Shown piece after piece: positions 32,596 through 44,559 of a stretch of 62,896 bases of DNA. Positions within the stretch are counted from its first letter, which is position 1. The number at the start of each line of letters is the position of its first letter. The stretch lies in NCBI GenBank assembly GCA_044229145.1, contig JBGATO010000017.1:1-62896 (forward strand), written 5' to 3'. The position numbers and the translations under genes are program-made. The notes below the pieces were generated by a model. The model worked only from the letters and a program-made list of their open reading frames with translations, was not told the origin of the DNA and made no database searches. Source of the stretch: Candidatus Eiseniibacteriota bacterium (lineage in GTDB: Bacteria; Eisenbacteria; RBG-16-71-46; CAZEPH01).

Positions 32596-34220
32596 CAAAG
32601 CCCACCCGCGGGACCAGTGGGCGACGCAAGGTTGCGTACAATATCTAACTCATTACACGGCAATATGTTCGCTGGGACTTCGCGACGTGCGATGTGGCGA
32701 CGGATTCGCCACCAGGCAGGCAATAATTCGGCGGGAAGCGCTGTCTCCCGCTCGTCCCCCACGTCCCGCGCACCGTCGCTCTGTGACACGAGTTCGGACA
32801 CCGCGGCCGAGAGGGCGAGGCGGGGCTGAAGCGCCCCGTTCCGCACCAACGCCACCCGAGTCGCCAGCGCCGCCGTTCGGCCGAGGTCGTGCGTCGCCAC
32901 CACGACCGCGCAGGCGGGGGTGACCGCGTTGCGGATGACCTCGCACACCGCCTCGGCGGCTTCGCCGTCGAGCCCCGCCGTGGGTTCGTCGAGGAGAAGC
33001 AGATCCGGCCGCCGGAGCAGCTGTCCCGCGAGCGCCAAGCGCCGCTGCTCGCCGACGCTGAAGTGAAACGCGGAGCGCGCACGCACGGCCCCGGGGTCGA
33101 GCCCGACCGTGCGGAGAAGCGCCTCCGCATGCGGAACTTCAGCGCTGGACAGGGGACCGAGTTCGTCCCAGGCGGAGGTGCGGTGAAAGAGTCGCTCGGG
33201 CGCTTGCAGGAGGTAGCCCACGGCGACGCGTGCACCGTCGCGCCAGATCACAGAGCCCGCCGCCGGCCGCAGCGCGCCCGCCAAGGCATGGAGCACCGAA
33301 CTCTTTCCACTCCCTGAGGCGCCGAGGAGGACGAGACGCTCCCCCACCGCGATGTCGAGACGTTCGACCGTCAGCACCCATTCCGCGCCGGCATGCCGCA
33401 GCAGCAGATCGCGCGCGGATACCAGCAGCGGGGCCGAGGGTTCGCTGCTGCAGTCGTGCCCCTCGGAACGCGGCTGCCAGGTGTGCGCCACCTCCCGGGC
33501 GCCTGCGGTAGGCGGCAGCCCCGCGACCCGTGCGAGCCGGCTGAGATCGGTCTGCACGCCCGGCTGTCCGGCGGCAGCGACGCCCGGCCCCAGATCGCGG
33601 AGTGTGCCGCCGTCCAAAACCCAGACGCGATCGGCGCTCACCGCCTCCTCCGGAAACGGCGTGACGAACAAGACGCCGGCCCCGGCTTCGGCGAGGCGCC
33701 GCAACTGCCGGAGCACGCCAGCGCGGGCCGCGAGATCGAGGTGGCTGGTTGGCTCATCCGCGAGCAGGAAGTCGGGCGACGTCACCATCGACGCCGCGAG
33801 CCCGATGCGTTGGCGCTCGCCGGACGAAAATGCCGAAGGCGGCGCATCGAGCCGCTCCGCCATCCCCAACGCACGAGCCGTCCGGCGCACGGTCTCGTGT
33901 TGCTCGGCGCGCGCAACCTGGCGCACCTCCAACCCGAAGGCCAACTCACGGTCCACCCGCGCAGCGACGAATTGATGGTCGGGATTCTGGAAGGCGATCG
34001 CGACGACGCCGGGCGACGGCGCACCGTGGCCGTCGACCATCACTGCGCCGGCCGTCGCGTCGCACAGTCCCGCCAAGCATCGCAACAGGGTCGACTTGCC
34101 GCTTCCCGACGCACCGACCAGTGCCACGAGCTCGCCCCGCCGCAGTTCCAGCGTCACATCCGCGAACACGGGACGCGTCGCTCCGGGCGGCGTCCAGGCG
34201 AGCGAGTCGGCGCGCAGCAT
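32592..34220 (-). CDS. Duplicated ABC ATPase, ECF-transporter (EcfA) type
   Basis: Two Walker A motifs (GASGSGKS), FQNPDHQF, SSGERQR/SVGEQRR, DEPT. Confidence 0.85.
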   Translation of the reverse strand: MLRADSLAWTPPGATRPVFADVTLELRRGELVALVGASGSGKSTLLRCLAGLCDATAGAVMVDGHGAPSPGVVAIAFQNPDHQFVAARVDRELAFGLEVRQVARAEQHETVRRTARALGMAERLDAPPSAFSSGERQRIGLAASMVTSPDFLLADEPTSHLDLAARAGVLRQLRRLAEAGAGVLFVTPFPEEAVSADRVWVLDGGTLRDLGPGVAAAGQPGVQTDLSRLARVAGLPPTAGAREVAHTWQPRSEGHDCSSEPSAPLLVSARDLLLRHAGAEWVLTVERLDIAVGERLVLLGASGSGKSSVLHALAGALRPAAGSVIWRDGARVAVGYLLQAPERLFHRTSAWDELGPLSSAEVPHAEALLRTVGLDPGAVRARSAFHFSVGEQRRLALAGQLLRRPDLLLLDEPTAGLDGEAAEAVCEVIRNAVTPACAVVVATHDLGRTAALATRVALVRNGALQPRLALSAAVSELVSQSDGARDVGDERETALPAELLPAWWRIRRHIARREVPANILPCNELDIVRNLASPTGPAGGLC

Positions 34221-34240
34221 GCAGGGGATCAGCCGGCGCG

Positions 34241-35419
34241 CTAGGCGCCGTCTCGGGCGCGCAGCATCGCCGCCATCACGTCGCGCAGCGGCACGCCCGC
34301 GGCCTGCGCCAGCGTGCGCGCATCCTCGTATTCGGGCACGGCACGCTCGCCGCCGCCCGGAAGCGGCGCCACCTTGACGCGCCCGTCTCCGAACGGCGTG
34401 CGCACCGTTTCATGCCTGCGCGGAAGCGTCAGCCGGTGCTCGCGGGTCACCCGCAGGCCGAGGGTCCCGCTCTCCCGCACGAGGCAGTCCGCCGCGCCGC
34501 GCCAGGCCGACGGGTCGCACAGCACCGTGATTTCGATCCCCGGGCGCCCTTTCTTCATCTGCACTGGGGTGAGGTAGGCGTCGCGGACGCCGTCGACCGC
34601 GTGCACCTGCTCCATTACGTACCCGCACACCTCGCCGGAGACGTGGTCGAGCAGGGTGCGCAGCACCACGACCTCGTCCCCCTCGAACTCGGTTGCGCTG
34701 TCGCCGAGGAAGAGCCGGGCGATATTCGGCCGGGCCGCGTCGTCACGACCACCGGCTCCGACGCCGATTGCGGTGACGGTCATGGCGGGCGCGTCGGCAG
34801 CGGGGGTCGCGAGCGTCGCCACCAACGCAGCTCCCGTCGGTGTGACGGTCTCCGCCGCGACATCGACGGGCCGCACCGCGAGCCCGCGCAGGAGTTCCTG
34901 GGTCGCCGGTGCGGGGTTCGGCATCGTGCCGTGCGCAGCGTGGATCACGCCGTGCCCCAGCGGCAGGGGACCGCAGGACAGCCGCTCGACGCCGAGCAAT
35001 CGCAAACCCGCCACCGTGCCGAGGATGTCGGCGATCGCGTCCAACGCGCCGACCTCGTGGAAGTGCACACGCTCTTCCTCGACACCGTGGACGCGCGCTT
35101 CGGCGGTTGCGAGGCGGCGGAAGACCGCCTCGGCCTGCGCGCGGTCGGACGGGTGCCGCGCGACGCGATCGAGCACGGCCAAGACCTCGCCGAGCGTCCG
35201 TTCATGCGGGTGATCGTGATGCGCCTGCACGTCGACGAGGACGTGCGTCGCCGGGACGTGGAGGCGTTCGACGGCACGCGCGCTGATGGTCACGCCGTCC
35301 ACCTCGAGGCCGGCCAGCGCGTCGCGCAGCGCCTCGATCGGCACGCCGGCACCCACCACGGCACCCAAGAACATGTCGCCGCTGATGCCGCCGACCGGAT
35401 CGAGATGCGCGATCCTCAC
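34241..35419 (-). CDS. larC: Nickel insertase LarC (nickel-pincer cofactor)
   Basis: GISGDMFLGA, HHDHPHER, HFHEVGALDAIADI, PAPAT, TPTGAA, MKKGRPG, PEYED. Confidence 0.93.
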   Translation of the reverse strand: MRIAHLDPVGGISGDMFLGAVVGAGVPIEALRDALAGLEVDGVTISARAVERLHVPATHVLVDVQAHHDHPHERTLGEVLAVLDRVARHPSDRAQAEAVFRRLATAEARVHGVEEERVHFHEVGALDAIADILGTVAGLRLLGVERLSCGPLPLGHGVIHAAHGTMPNPAPATQELLRGLAVRPVDVAAETVTPTGAALVATLATPAADAPAMTVTAIGVGAGGRDDAARPNIARLFLGDSATEFEGDEVVVLRTLLDHVSGEVCGYVMEQVHAVDGVRDAYLTPVQMKKGRPGIEITVLCDPSAWRGAADCLVRESGTLGLRVTREHRLTLPRRHETVRTPFGDGRVKVAPLPGGGERAVPEYEDARTLAQAAGVPLRDVMAAMLRARDGA

Positions 35420-36198
35420 GCCGTGTCCTCCGCGCGCGCGACCAACCCCGCGGCCCGCCGCGCGATGCGCGACGCCGCGACACCGGCCCCGAATCCATTG
35501 TCGATGTTGACCACGCTCACCCCTGCCGCGCAGGAGTTGAGCATGGCGAGCAGCGCGGCCACGCCGCCAAACGACGCGCCGTAACCGACGCTGGTCGGCA
35601 CCGCGATCACCGGCGCCGCGGCCAGGCCGCCGATCACGCTCGCCAGCGCGCCCTCCATTCCGGCCACCACGATGACGCAGTCGGCCCACCGCAGCGTGGC
35701 ATCGGCCGCCAGCAGACGATGCAAACCGGCGACGCCGACGTCGTGCACGCGCCGCACGTCGCAGCCGGTGCACTCGGCAGTGAACGCGGCTTCCTCGGCC
35801 ACCGGCAGGTCCGACGTGCCGGCGCAGATGACGGCCACGCGTCCCCCGTGCGCCGGGGTGTCGCTGCCGGCGATCCACACCGCCCGCGCCACCTCGCGCA
35901 CGTCGGCGTGCGGGAACGCATCCAGCAGCGCGGCGCGTGTCGTGTCATCGGCGCGCGTCGCCAACACGCCCGCGCCGGCTGCCGCGAGGCTCCGCGCGAT
36001 CGCCACGGATTGCGCGGCGGTCTTCGACGCGCAGTAGATGACTTCGGGCAGATCGGTGCGCAGGGCGCGGTGGTGATCGACGGTGGCGAAGCCGAGATCC
36101 TCGTACGGCAGGACGCGCAACCGGTCGATCGCCTCGGCCACCGCGAGCTCGCCGCGTCGCACCGCCTCCAGCAATGCTTCGATCTTGGCGGGTGTCAC
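35416..36198 (-). CDS. larB: Nickel-pincer cofactor biosynthesis protein LarB
   Basis: FATVDHHR, AGTSDLPVAEEA, DVGVAGLHRL, AGMEGAL, PTSVGYG, VNIDNGFGA. Confidence 0.93.
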   Translation of the reverse strand: MTPAKIEALLEAVRRGELAVAEAIDRLRVLPYEDLGFATVDHHRALRTDLPEVIYCASKTAAQSVAIARSLAAAGAGVLATRADDTTRAALLDAFPHADVREVARAVWIAGSDTPAHGGRVAVICAGTSDLPVAEEAAFTAECTGCDVRRVHDVGVAGLHRLLAADATLRWADCVIVVAGMEGALASVIGGLAAAPVIAVPTSVGYGASFGGVAALLAMLNSCAAGVSVVNIDNGFGAGVAASRIARRAAGLVARAEDTA

Positions 36199-37274
36199 GC
36201 GCTCTCCCCGGCCACCAACGATGCGCGATCGACTTCGGCGGTGTGCGCCTGCGCATCGAAATGCTCGCCGCGCTCGCGGGCAAAGGCGGCCAGGCGTTCC
36301 GGCAACTCGGCGAGCAGCGCGTCGAGCTGCTCCGCCTCGGCGATCGTGTTGATCATCGCGCGGATCCGTGCCACGTACGGGACGCCGGCGAGATACCAGC
36401 CGACGTGTTTGCGCAACTCGCGCGTGGCGACGTGCGGCGGTTTGATCTCGCACGCGAAACGCAGGTGCTGGCGAATCACTTCGGCCTTCTCGGCGAGGGT
36501 CGGGGGCCGCGGCGCGGGTTCGCCGCGCAAAGCCGCCAACGTCTGCGGAAAGATCCACGGATTGCCGAGGGCGCCGCGCGCGATCATCACGCCATCGCAG
36601 CCGGTTTCCTCGAGCATGCGCCGCGCGTCAGCCGGCGCATAGACGCCGCCGTTGCCGATGACCGGAATCTTCACCGCCTGCTTCACCTCGGCGATGATGC
36701 CCCAGTCGGCCTTGCCGCTGTGCCCCACCGACCGCGTCCGTCCATGCACCGAGACGCACGCCGCGCCCGCGTCCTCCAACATGCGGGCGATCTCGACCGC
36801 GTTGCGGTGCTGCGCGTCCCAGCCGCTGCGGATCTTCACGGTGATCGGGTGCTTGGAGTTCTTCGCCAGCGCCTCGACGATCTCGCGCAGCTTCTCCGGC
36901 TCGTTCATGAGCGCCGAACCGGCGCCGCGCTTGACCACCTTGGGCACCGGACATCCGCAATTCAAGTCGACGATGTCCGGCCCGACCGTCTCGACGACGT
37001 CGAGCGCGCGGCGGATGACGGCCGCGTCGCCGCCGAACAACTGCACGCCGAGCGGACGCTCGCCCTCGACGAAGTGGAGGTACTCACCGGTGCGGCGATT
37101 CGCGCGGATCAAGCCATCGGCCGAAATCAGCTCCGTGAACACGAGCGCCGCACCCATCTCGCGACAGATGCGGCGATACGCGGAGTCGGTCACTCCGGCC
37201 ATCGGGGACAGCACCAGCCGTCCACCGATGGGCACGGAGCCGATGGAGAATCCGCCGTCCAGAGGGCGGCTCAC
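36195..37274 (-). CDS. dusB: tRNA-dihydrouridine synthase
   Basis: PMAGVTD, DLNCGCP, VTVKIR-like ITVKIRSGWD, VHGRT, GNGG, ARGALGNPWIF. Confidence 0.93.
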   Translation of the reverse strand: MSRPLDGGFSIGSVPIGGRLVLSPMAGVTDSAYRRICREMGAALVFTELISADGLIRANRRTGEYLHFVEGERPLGVQLFGGDAAVIRRALDVVETVGPDIVDLNCGCPVPKVVKRGAGSALMNEPEKLREIVEALAKNSKHPITVKIRSGWDAQHRNAVEIARMLEDAGAACVSVHGRTRSVGHSGKADWGIIAEVKQAVKIPVIGNGGVYAPADARRMLEETGCDGVMIARGALGNPWIFPQTLAALRGEPAPRPPTLAEKAEVIRQHLRFACEIKPPHVATRELRKHVGWYLAGVPYVARIRAMINTIAEAEQLDALLAELPERLAAFARERGEHFDAQAHTAEVDRASLVAGESA

Positions 37275-37281
37275 TGCGGGG

Positions 37282-38922
37282 TTACTCCTTGTTCGCGCTC
37301 GGCGACAGCGACGCGTGCGTCGACGCGGCGTAGTCGAGAAGCTTCGGGGTCGTCTTGTACTTGGTCAGCAGGTCGACGGCGGCCTGCAACTGGTTGTCGC
37401 CCTCGGCCACCACGCGGAACGCCGCCGCGTCACCGGACACCCGGCGCGCGATCTCGCGGCGCAGCGCACGCTCGAAGTACGGCCGGTCGCGCGCCATCTC
37501 TTCCTGCGTGAAGTCGATGTTCTCCTTCTTGATCGTGTCGACGAAGCCGTCGAACATCGGCTGCGTCACCGGCGAGGTGAGCGACAGATCCTTGTGCGCG
37601 CCGGCGTACTTCACGACGTAGTTGAACGCCAGACCGCGGCCTTCGACCTTGCTCTCGAGCGTCGTCAGCTTCTCCGGCTTCACCTCGACGTCCGGCGTGA
37701 TGCCGCCGCCGCCGTAGACGATGCGCTTGCGGTCGAGCGTGCGGAACTTCGGCTTGTTGGCGTTGCGCGCTGCGGTGTCGGCCGCCTTGACCTCTTCCTC
37801 GTCGGCGCCGTCCTCGTTGGCGTCGTCCACCTTGTCGACGTCATCCGCGGCAAGCAGGTCACGCTCGCCTTCGTCCTTGTGGATCGAACGGCCCGACGGC
37901 GTGTACCACTTCGCCGTCGTCAGTTTGAGGGCGGTGCTGCCGGAGAGCTGGAAGATCGACTGCACGGAGCCCTTGCCGTACGACGTCGTCCCGACGACCA
38001 GCGCGAGGTCGTGGTCCTGCAGCGCGCCGGCCACGATCTCCGACGCCGATGCCGAACCGCCGTTCACCAGCACGATCATCGGGAAGCTGTACGGGCGCGG
38101 GTTCTGCGAGTAGTAGGTCTGGATCTGCTGCGGCGAGCGCGGACGCTGCTGCACGATCTCCTCGCCCTTCGTCACGAACTGCTGGCCCACCTCGACCGCC
38201 TGACTGAGCAGGCCGCCGGGGTTGAACCGCAGGTCGAACACCACGCCCTTCGCCTTGGCCGCCGCGAAGTCCTCGAGCGCCGCGTGCACTTCCTCGCCGG
38301 TGGTTTCGCTGAACGAGGTCACGCGCATGTAGCCGATGCCGTTGTCCATGACGAAGTGGTAGGGCACCGACTTCACTTCGATCTTGGCGCGGGTGATCGT
38401 GTAGTTGAGGAGCTTCTCTTCGCCTTCGCGCGCGACGGTGATATTGACCTTGGTGCCTTCGGTGCCGCGCAGCCGCGCGATCACCTGGTCGATGGTGAAG
38501 CCCTCGGTGGACTTCGACTCGATCTGCACGATGCGGTCGCCGGTCTGGATGCCGAGGTTGAACGCCGGCGTGCCCTCGATCGGCGAAATCACCGTCGGGT
38601 AGTTGCCGCGCACGCCGATCTGGATGCCGATGCCGCCGAACGCGCCCGTGGTCGTGGTGCGCAGGTCGGTGTAGTCCTGCTTGTCGAGGAACTGCGAGTG
38701 CGGGTCGAGCGAACGCAGCATGCCGCGGATCGCCGACTGCAGCAGCTTCTCCTCGTTCACCGGCTCGACGTAGTGATCGCGCACCTGGGTGAAGACGGCC
38801 GCGAGGGTGTTCCAATCGTCGTAGGTGCTCGACGAGGTCGCGCGGACCAGGCCGGCCGCCCAGAACCCGAGCACGAAGACGACGAGGAAGGCCGCGACGA
38901 TGACGGAACGCTGCGCGCGCAT
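37282..38922 (-). CDS. Carboxyl-terminal processing protease (S41A)
   Basis: LDPHS, PDZ FGGIGI, DLRFNPGGLL, SASASEIVAGALQD, YGKGSVQ. Confidence 0.93.
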   Translation of the reverse strand: MRAQRSVIVAAFLVVFVLGFWAAGLVRATSSSTYDDWNTLAAVFTQVRDHYVEPVNEEKLLQSAIRGMLRSLDPHSQFLDKQDYTDLRTTTTGAFGGIGIQIGVRGNYPTVISPIEGTPAFNLGIQTGDRIVQIESKSTEGFTIDQVIARLRGTEGTKVNITVAREGEEKLLNYTITRAKIEVKSVPYHFVMDNGIGYMRVTSFSETTGEEVHAALEDFAAAKAKGVVFDLRFNPGGLLSQAVEVGQQFVTKGEEIVQQRPRSPQQIQTYYSQNPRPYSFPMIVLVNGGSASASEIVAGALQDHDLALVVGTTSYGKGSVQSIFQLSGSTALKLTTAKWYTPSGRSIHKDEGERDLLAADDVDKVDDANEDGADEEEVKAADTAARNANKPKFRTLDRKRIVYGGGGITPDVEVKPEKLTTLESKVEGRGLAFNYVVKYAGAHKDLSLTSPVTQPMFDGFVDTIKKENIDFTQEEMARDRPYFERALRREIARRVSGDAAAFRVVAEGDNQLQAAVDLLTKYKTTPKLLDYAASTHASLSPSANKE

Positions 38923-38956
38923 CAGATGTCTCCTTCTCCCCAGTTGCGTGCGGTCC

Positions 38957-39627
38957 TCACTGCGAGGCCGCGATCAGTTCCTGCACATCGCGCCACAACC
39001 CCGCCGCCTGGGCGTCGGGCGATTGCGTGGCGTCCCAGACGCGGATGCGCTGGGGGTGAGAGGACGCCAGGGCGAGGTAGCCCTCGCGGACCCGCTCGTG
39101 GAACGCGACTGGTTCGGCATCCAGCCGCGTCATCGCCGCGGGCCCGGCGTTCGCCGGGACGGCCGCCGCGCGGGCATGCACCCGCGCCAGCGAGACCTCG
39201 ACCGGCAAATCCATCAGGTACGTTCTATCGGGCGTTCGCCCGCCGGTCGCGAGCGCGTTGAGATGCTCGATGCGCTCGCGGCCCAGTCCGCGGGCGATGC
39301 CTTGGTGACGCGACCGAGGCATCCGCATAGCAGTCCGCGATCACCACGCCGCCAGCCGCCAGCGCCGGTTCGATGACCTTGGCCACCAGATCCGCGCGTG
39401 CCGCCTGGAACAAAAAGGCCTCCGCCAGAGGTTCCGGTGGCGCCCCGTCGCGCGCCAAGAGCAGCGCGCGCACGGCTCCGCCAGGGCGGTGCCGCCGGGT
39501 TCACGTATGAGCGTGACAGCCCAGCCCGCAGGCGCAAGGCTTCCGCGAGCCGGGCCGCCTGGGTGGTTTTTCCCGACCCTTCGATGCCCTCGAAGGTCAG
39601 GAAGACGCCACGCGTCGTGCCGGGCAC
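38957..39627 (-). pseudogene. tmk: Thymidylate kinase interrupted by three frameshifts (pseudogene or sequencing error)
   Basis: FEGIEGSGKTTQ, REPGGT, LFQAARADLV and QGIARG...PDRTYLMD...RLD lie in successive different frames. Confidence 0.85.
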
Positions 39628-39634
39628 GGACCGC

Positions 39635-40915
39635 TTAGCGCGCCGCGCGCTTCTTCGCGGCCTTCTTCAGCCGCGAGCCGCTCGCCGAACGCGCGGCCTT
39701 CTTCGACGCGCCGGAGGCCGCGCGGGGTTTGCTGGCCTTCTTCGCCCCGCTCGCCTTCGCCTTCTTCGGCGCAGCCTTCTTCTTGGCGGCCGCCTTCTTG
39801 GCCTTCTTCGGCGCGGCGGCCGACGCCTTGCCGGCCTTCTGGCCGTACTGGGCGATGAAGTCCTCGACCATCTGGCGCGCTTCGACGTCGGTGTACTGGA
39901 TCGGCGGCGACTTCTTGAAGTACGCGCACGGACCCCACTGTGCGCCGCTCAGGCCGTTGTCGAGCGCCAGCTTGGCGCAGCGCACCGCGTCGATGATGAC
40001 GCCGGCGCTGTTCGGCGAGTCCCACACCTCGAGCTTCATTTCGATGTTCAGCGGCACGTCGCCGAAGGTGCGGCCTTCGAGACGGATGAACGCCCACTTG
40101 CGGTCGTCGAGCCATTCCACGTAGTCGCTCGGGCCGATGTGCACGTTCTTCGCGCCGAGGTCGTACTCGAGCTGCGAGGTGACGGCGTTGGTCTTCGAGA
40201 TCTTCTTCGACTCGAGGCGCTCACGCTCCAGCATGTTGAGGAAGTCGGTGTTGCCGCCGACGTTGAGCTGGTAGGTGCGCTCGAGCTTGACGCCGCGCTC
40301 ACGGTAGAGGCGCGTCATGACACGGTGCACGATCGTCGCGCCGACCTGCGACTTGATGTCGTCACCGATCACCGGCAGGCCCTTCGCCTCGAAACGCTTC
40401 TGCCAGTAGGCCTCGCGCGCGATGAACACCGGGATGGCGTTCACGAAGGCGCAGCCGGCCTCGAGGATCTGCTCGACATACCACTTGGTGGCTTCTTCCG
40501 ACCCCACCGGCAGGTAGTTGATGACCACGTCGGTCTTGGTGTCGCGCAGCAGCTTCACGATGTCGGCGGTTTCGCCCGGCGCCTTCTCGATGACCTTCGA
40601 GAGGTACTTGCCGAGACCGTCGTGCAGCATCCCGCGCACGACCGGCACGCCGAGCTTCGGCACGCTGCAGAACTTGTAGGTGTTGTTCGGCTTGGTGAAG
40701 ATCGCCTCGGAGAGGTCCTTGCCGACCTTGTTCTTGTCGATGTCGATCGCCGCGCTGAACTCGACGTCGCGGACGTGGTAGCCGCCCAAATTCACGTGCA
40801 TGAGGCCCGGCACGAAATCGGTGTCCTTGGCGTTGCGGTAGTAGTGCACACCCTGCACGAGCGACGAGGCACAATTGCCCACGCCGATGATTGCCACCCG
40901 AACCTTCGACGACAT
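39635..40915 (-). CDS. ino1: Myo-inositol-1-phosphate synthase with Lys/Ala-rich C-terminal tail
   Basis: [46 protein letters not shown]. Confidence 0.95.
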   Translation of the reverse strand: MSSKVRVAIIGVGNCASSLVQGVHYYRNAKDTDFVPGLMHVNLGGYHVRDVEFSAAIDIDKNKVGKDLSEAIFTKPNNTYKFCSVPKLGVPVVRGMLHDGLGKYLSKVIEKAPGETADIVKLLRDTKTDVVINYLPVGSEEATKWYVEQILEAGCAFVNAIPVFIAREAYWQKRFEAKGLPVIGDDIKSQVGATIVHRVMTRLYRERGVKLERTYQLNVGGNTDFLNMLERERLESKKISKTNAVTSQLEYDLGAKNVHIGPSDYVEWLDDRKWAFIRLEGRTFGDVPLNIEMKLEVWDSPNSAGVIIDAVRCAKLALDNGLSGAQWGPCAYFKKSPPIQYTDVEARQMVEDFIAQYGQKAGKASAAAPKKAKKAAAKKKAAPKKAKASGAKKASKPRAASGASKKAARSASGSRLKKAAKKRAAR

Positions 40916-40958
40916 TCTGTCTCCCTTCTTGCTTCGCCGGCGCCGAACCCCGGCACCG

Positions 40959-41567
40959 CTACACTGAGGATCGCGCGCCATCGCGCGCGGCCAATCCCCG
41001 CCGCACGTGCAGGATGCGCTGCAACGCGGTGATCTGCGTCCCTGCCGCCAGCACTCCCACGGCCCACGGCAACACCCGCGGCCCGCAGAGCGCGCCCACC
41101 GCGAGCACGATCACTCGTTCGGGACGCTCCATGACACCTACCGCGCAGTCTTGTCCGACACCCTCGGCCCGCGCCCGCGTGTAGGACACGGCGAACGAGC
41201 CGATCAGGGCGATCAAGGCGAGCGCACAGCCTACCTTGTCTCCCCGGCCGAATGCTGCATGCCACGCAATGCCACCGAGGACCGCGGCGTCGGCGTAGCG
41301 GTCGACGGTCGAGTCCAGAAAGGCCCCGAAGGGCCCGATCGTCCCCTGCCGGCGCGCCAGTGTGCCGTCGATGGCATCGCATAGTCCAGAGGCCAGCATG
41401 ACGACGGCCGCCAGCCGCGGCCGGCCTTGCGCGAACAGCACTGCCGCGCCACACGACACCACCAGACCGAACAGCGTCACGCCGTTCGCCGTAATCCCGA
41501 GCTTGCCGAGCAGGTCGGCGAACGGCTCCATGGTGCGGCGGAAGGCGCCCTTAAGCGGTGTCTGCAT
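40959..41567 (-). CDS. CDP-alcohol phosphatidyltransferase, probable phosphatidylinositol-phosphate synthase
   Basis: DAIDGTLAR...[29 protein letters not shown]; adjacent to ino1. Confidence 0.85.
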   Translation of the reverse strand: MQTPLKGAFRRTMEPFADLLGKLGITANGVTLFGLVVSCGAAVLFAQGRPRLAAVVMLASGLCDAIDGTLARRQGTIGPFGAFLDSTVDRYADAAVLGGIAWHAAFGRGDKVGCALALIALIGSFAVSYTRARAEGVGQDCAVGVMERPERVIVLAVGALCGPRVLPWAVGVLAAGTQITALQRILHVRRGLAARDGARSSV

Positions 41568-42317
41568 CGTCGCCCTCCCGCTCCGCGTGGCGTGCCGCAC
41601 GGCGTGCCGCGCGCTCCGCCTCCCGGCGCTCCTGTTTGCTCGCCCCGGCGATCACCAGGACGATCTCGCCGCGCGCCGGATCTGTCGCCTGCATCGCCGC
41701 CAGCTCGCCGAGACTGCCACGCCGCGCTTCTTCGTACAGCTTGGTCAGCTCGCGACACACTGCGGCCGGCCGGTCGCCCAGCACCTCACGCGCATCCGCG
41801 AGCAGCGCGGCGAGCCGGTGCGGCGACTCGTACAGCACCAGCGTCTCCGCCCGCTCGACGTACTCCGCGAGCAGAGCCCGGCGCGCTCCGCTCTTGCGTG
41901 GCGCGAAGCCGAGGAACGCGAAGCGATCGGTCGGCAGCGCGGCGATCGTGAGCGCCGCGATCGCCGCGCTCGGCCCGGGCACCGGGACGATCCGCGCCCC
42001 GCGCGCCGCCGCATCGCGCAGCAGCGGATACCCCGGATCCGAGATCGCCGGGCTCCCGGCGTCCGACACCAGCGCGATCGACGCGCCCTCCCCGAGCCGC
42101 GCGAGCAACGCCTCCAGCTTTCCTGGCCCGCTGTGGTCGTGGTAGCTGACCACTGGCGTGGCGAGACCGAAGTGCTGCAGGAGGCTGCGCGTGTGCCGCG
42201 TATCCTCGGCCGCGATCAGATCCGCGTCGCGGAGCACGCGCAGCGCGCGCGCCGTGATGTCCTCGAGATTGCCGATCGGGGTCGCGACCACGTAGAGCGT
42301 GCCCGCGGGGGCCGCGC

Positions 42318-42321
<4 letters not shown>
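41551..42321 (-). CDS. rsmI: 16S rRNA C1402 2'-O-methyltransferase
   Basis: [43 protein letters not shown]. Confidence 0.95.
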
Positions 42322-43376
<1,055 letters not shown>

Positions 43377-43380
43377 GGCG

Positions 43381-43710
43381 CTACTCCGCGGGAGTGCCGC
43401 CGCCCTGGCCCTCTGCGCCCGCGTCGGCGCCCGCCGCGGGCGACACCAACGCCTTCAATTCTCGCGACACCTTGAAGACCGGCACCATGCGCGAGTCCAC
43501 CGGCACCGATTCTCCCGTGCGGGGATTGCGCGCCATGCGCGGCTTGCGCTCCTTCAACTTGAATGTTCCGAAGCCGCGGATCTCGATGTGATGGCCCCCA
43601 GCCAGGGCACGGGACACCGCCTGGAGGAACTCGTCCACGGTGATCGCCACTTCCTTCTTGGAGAAGCCGGTGCGGCCCGCGATCTCGTCTACCAAGTCAG
43701 CCTTGGTCAT
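43381..43710 (-). CDS. HU/IHF-family DNA-binding protein
   Basis: [35 protein letters not shown]. Confidence 0.93.
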   Translation of the reverse strand: MTKADLVDEIAGRTGFSKKEVAITVDEFLQAVSRALAGGHHIEIRGFGTFKLKERKPRMARNPRTGESVPVDSRMVPVFKVSRELKALVSPAAGADAGAEGQGGGTPAE

Positions 43711-43827
43711 GACCTTCCTCCCTCGACATCATCGCGCATGGAGCCGACACGGCGCCCCGGCGAACCGGGCGCGACGCATGAAACTCCAGGGGATCCATCC
43801 GTGTCGCGCTGTGCTGCGTACCTTCGA

Positions 43828-44370
43828 CTAGAACAGGAAGACCGCTGCCGCCAGTACGGTGCTCCACTTGCTGGTGGCCACCGCCGACTGCGCGACGTGA
43901 CGGGTATGCACGATCTTGTCGCTGATGCGGAAGACCTGCTTCTTCTCGTCCCACGCCGCGTTTTCGTCGAACTCGACACCCATCGTCGACGCCAGCATCG
44001 ACGCGGCGAGGTCCTCGGCATAGTCGCCGGCCTGCTCGTCGGTCTGGCCGTATTCGTGGTGCTCGCTGAGATAGCCGTAGGCGTTCTTGTCGGCCGGCAG
44101 TGCGACGCCGATCGATGCGGCGATCAAGCGGTGCGGCTCGTTACAGCTGAGACGGCTCATGACCACGAAGGCGATCGACCCCGCGACCAACTCCTTCATT
44201 CCCTCGCGCTTGGAGATGATCTTGCAGCGCGGCGGGAAAATACTGGACGTGGTGACGAGATTGAGTTTCTCGATGCCCGCATCGCGCAGCGCCAACTCGA
44301 AGGACGCCAGTTGATCCTTGTGGACACCGACGCCGTTCGTGAGAAAGAGCCGCTTCGGGACGATGAGCAT
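43828..44370 (-). CDS. pdaD: Pyruvoyl-dependent arginine decarboxylase
   Basis: [25 protein letters not shown] (Ser-Ser cleavage site), [20 protein letters not shown]. Confidence 0.92.
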   Translation of the reverse strand: MLIVPKRLFLTNGVGVHKDQLASFELALRDAGIEKLNLVTTSSIFPPRCKIISKREGMKELVAGSIAFVVMSRLSCNEPHRLIAASIGVALPADKNAYGYLSEHHEYGQTDEQAGDYAEDLAASMLASTMGVEFDENAAWDEKKQVFRISDKIVHTRHVAQSAVATSKWSTVLAAAVFLF

Positions 44371-44489
44371 GCGCGTCCTCCGCCTGGTGTGCTTGGGGCG
44401 TGTAACTTGGCCCATCGCGCCCGGGATTTGGCGGTCTTGCGACCCGCCGGCGGCGCCAGAGGGCCGATCCCGGGTGCTGGGAACGCGGC

Positions 44490-44518
44490 ATCCTACCGGC
44501 GCAACTTCTAGCTGTCAA
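44490..44518 (-). promoter_or_regulatory. Sigma70-type promoter of the pdaD-HU operon
   Basis: TTGACA-17 bp-TAGGAT. Confidence 0.7.
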
Positions 44519-44559
44519 TGCGATTCCGCGCTTTTCCCGGATTCGCGGTCCCGCCTTAC

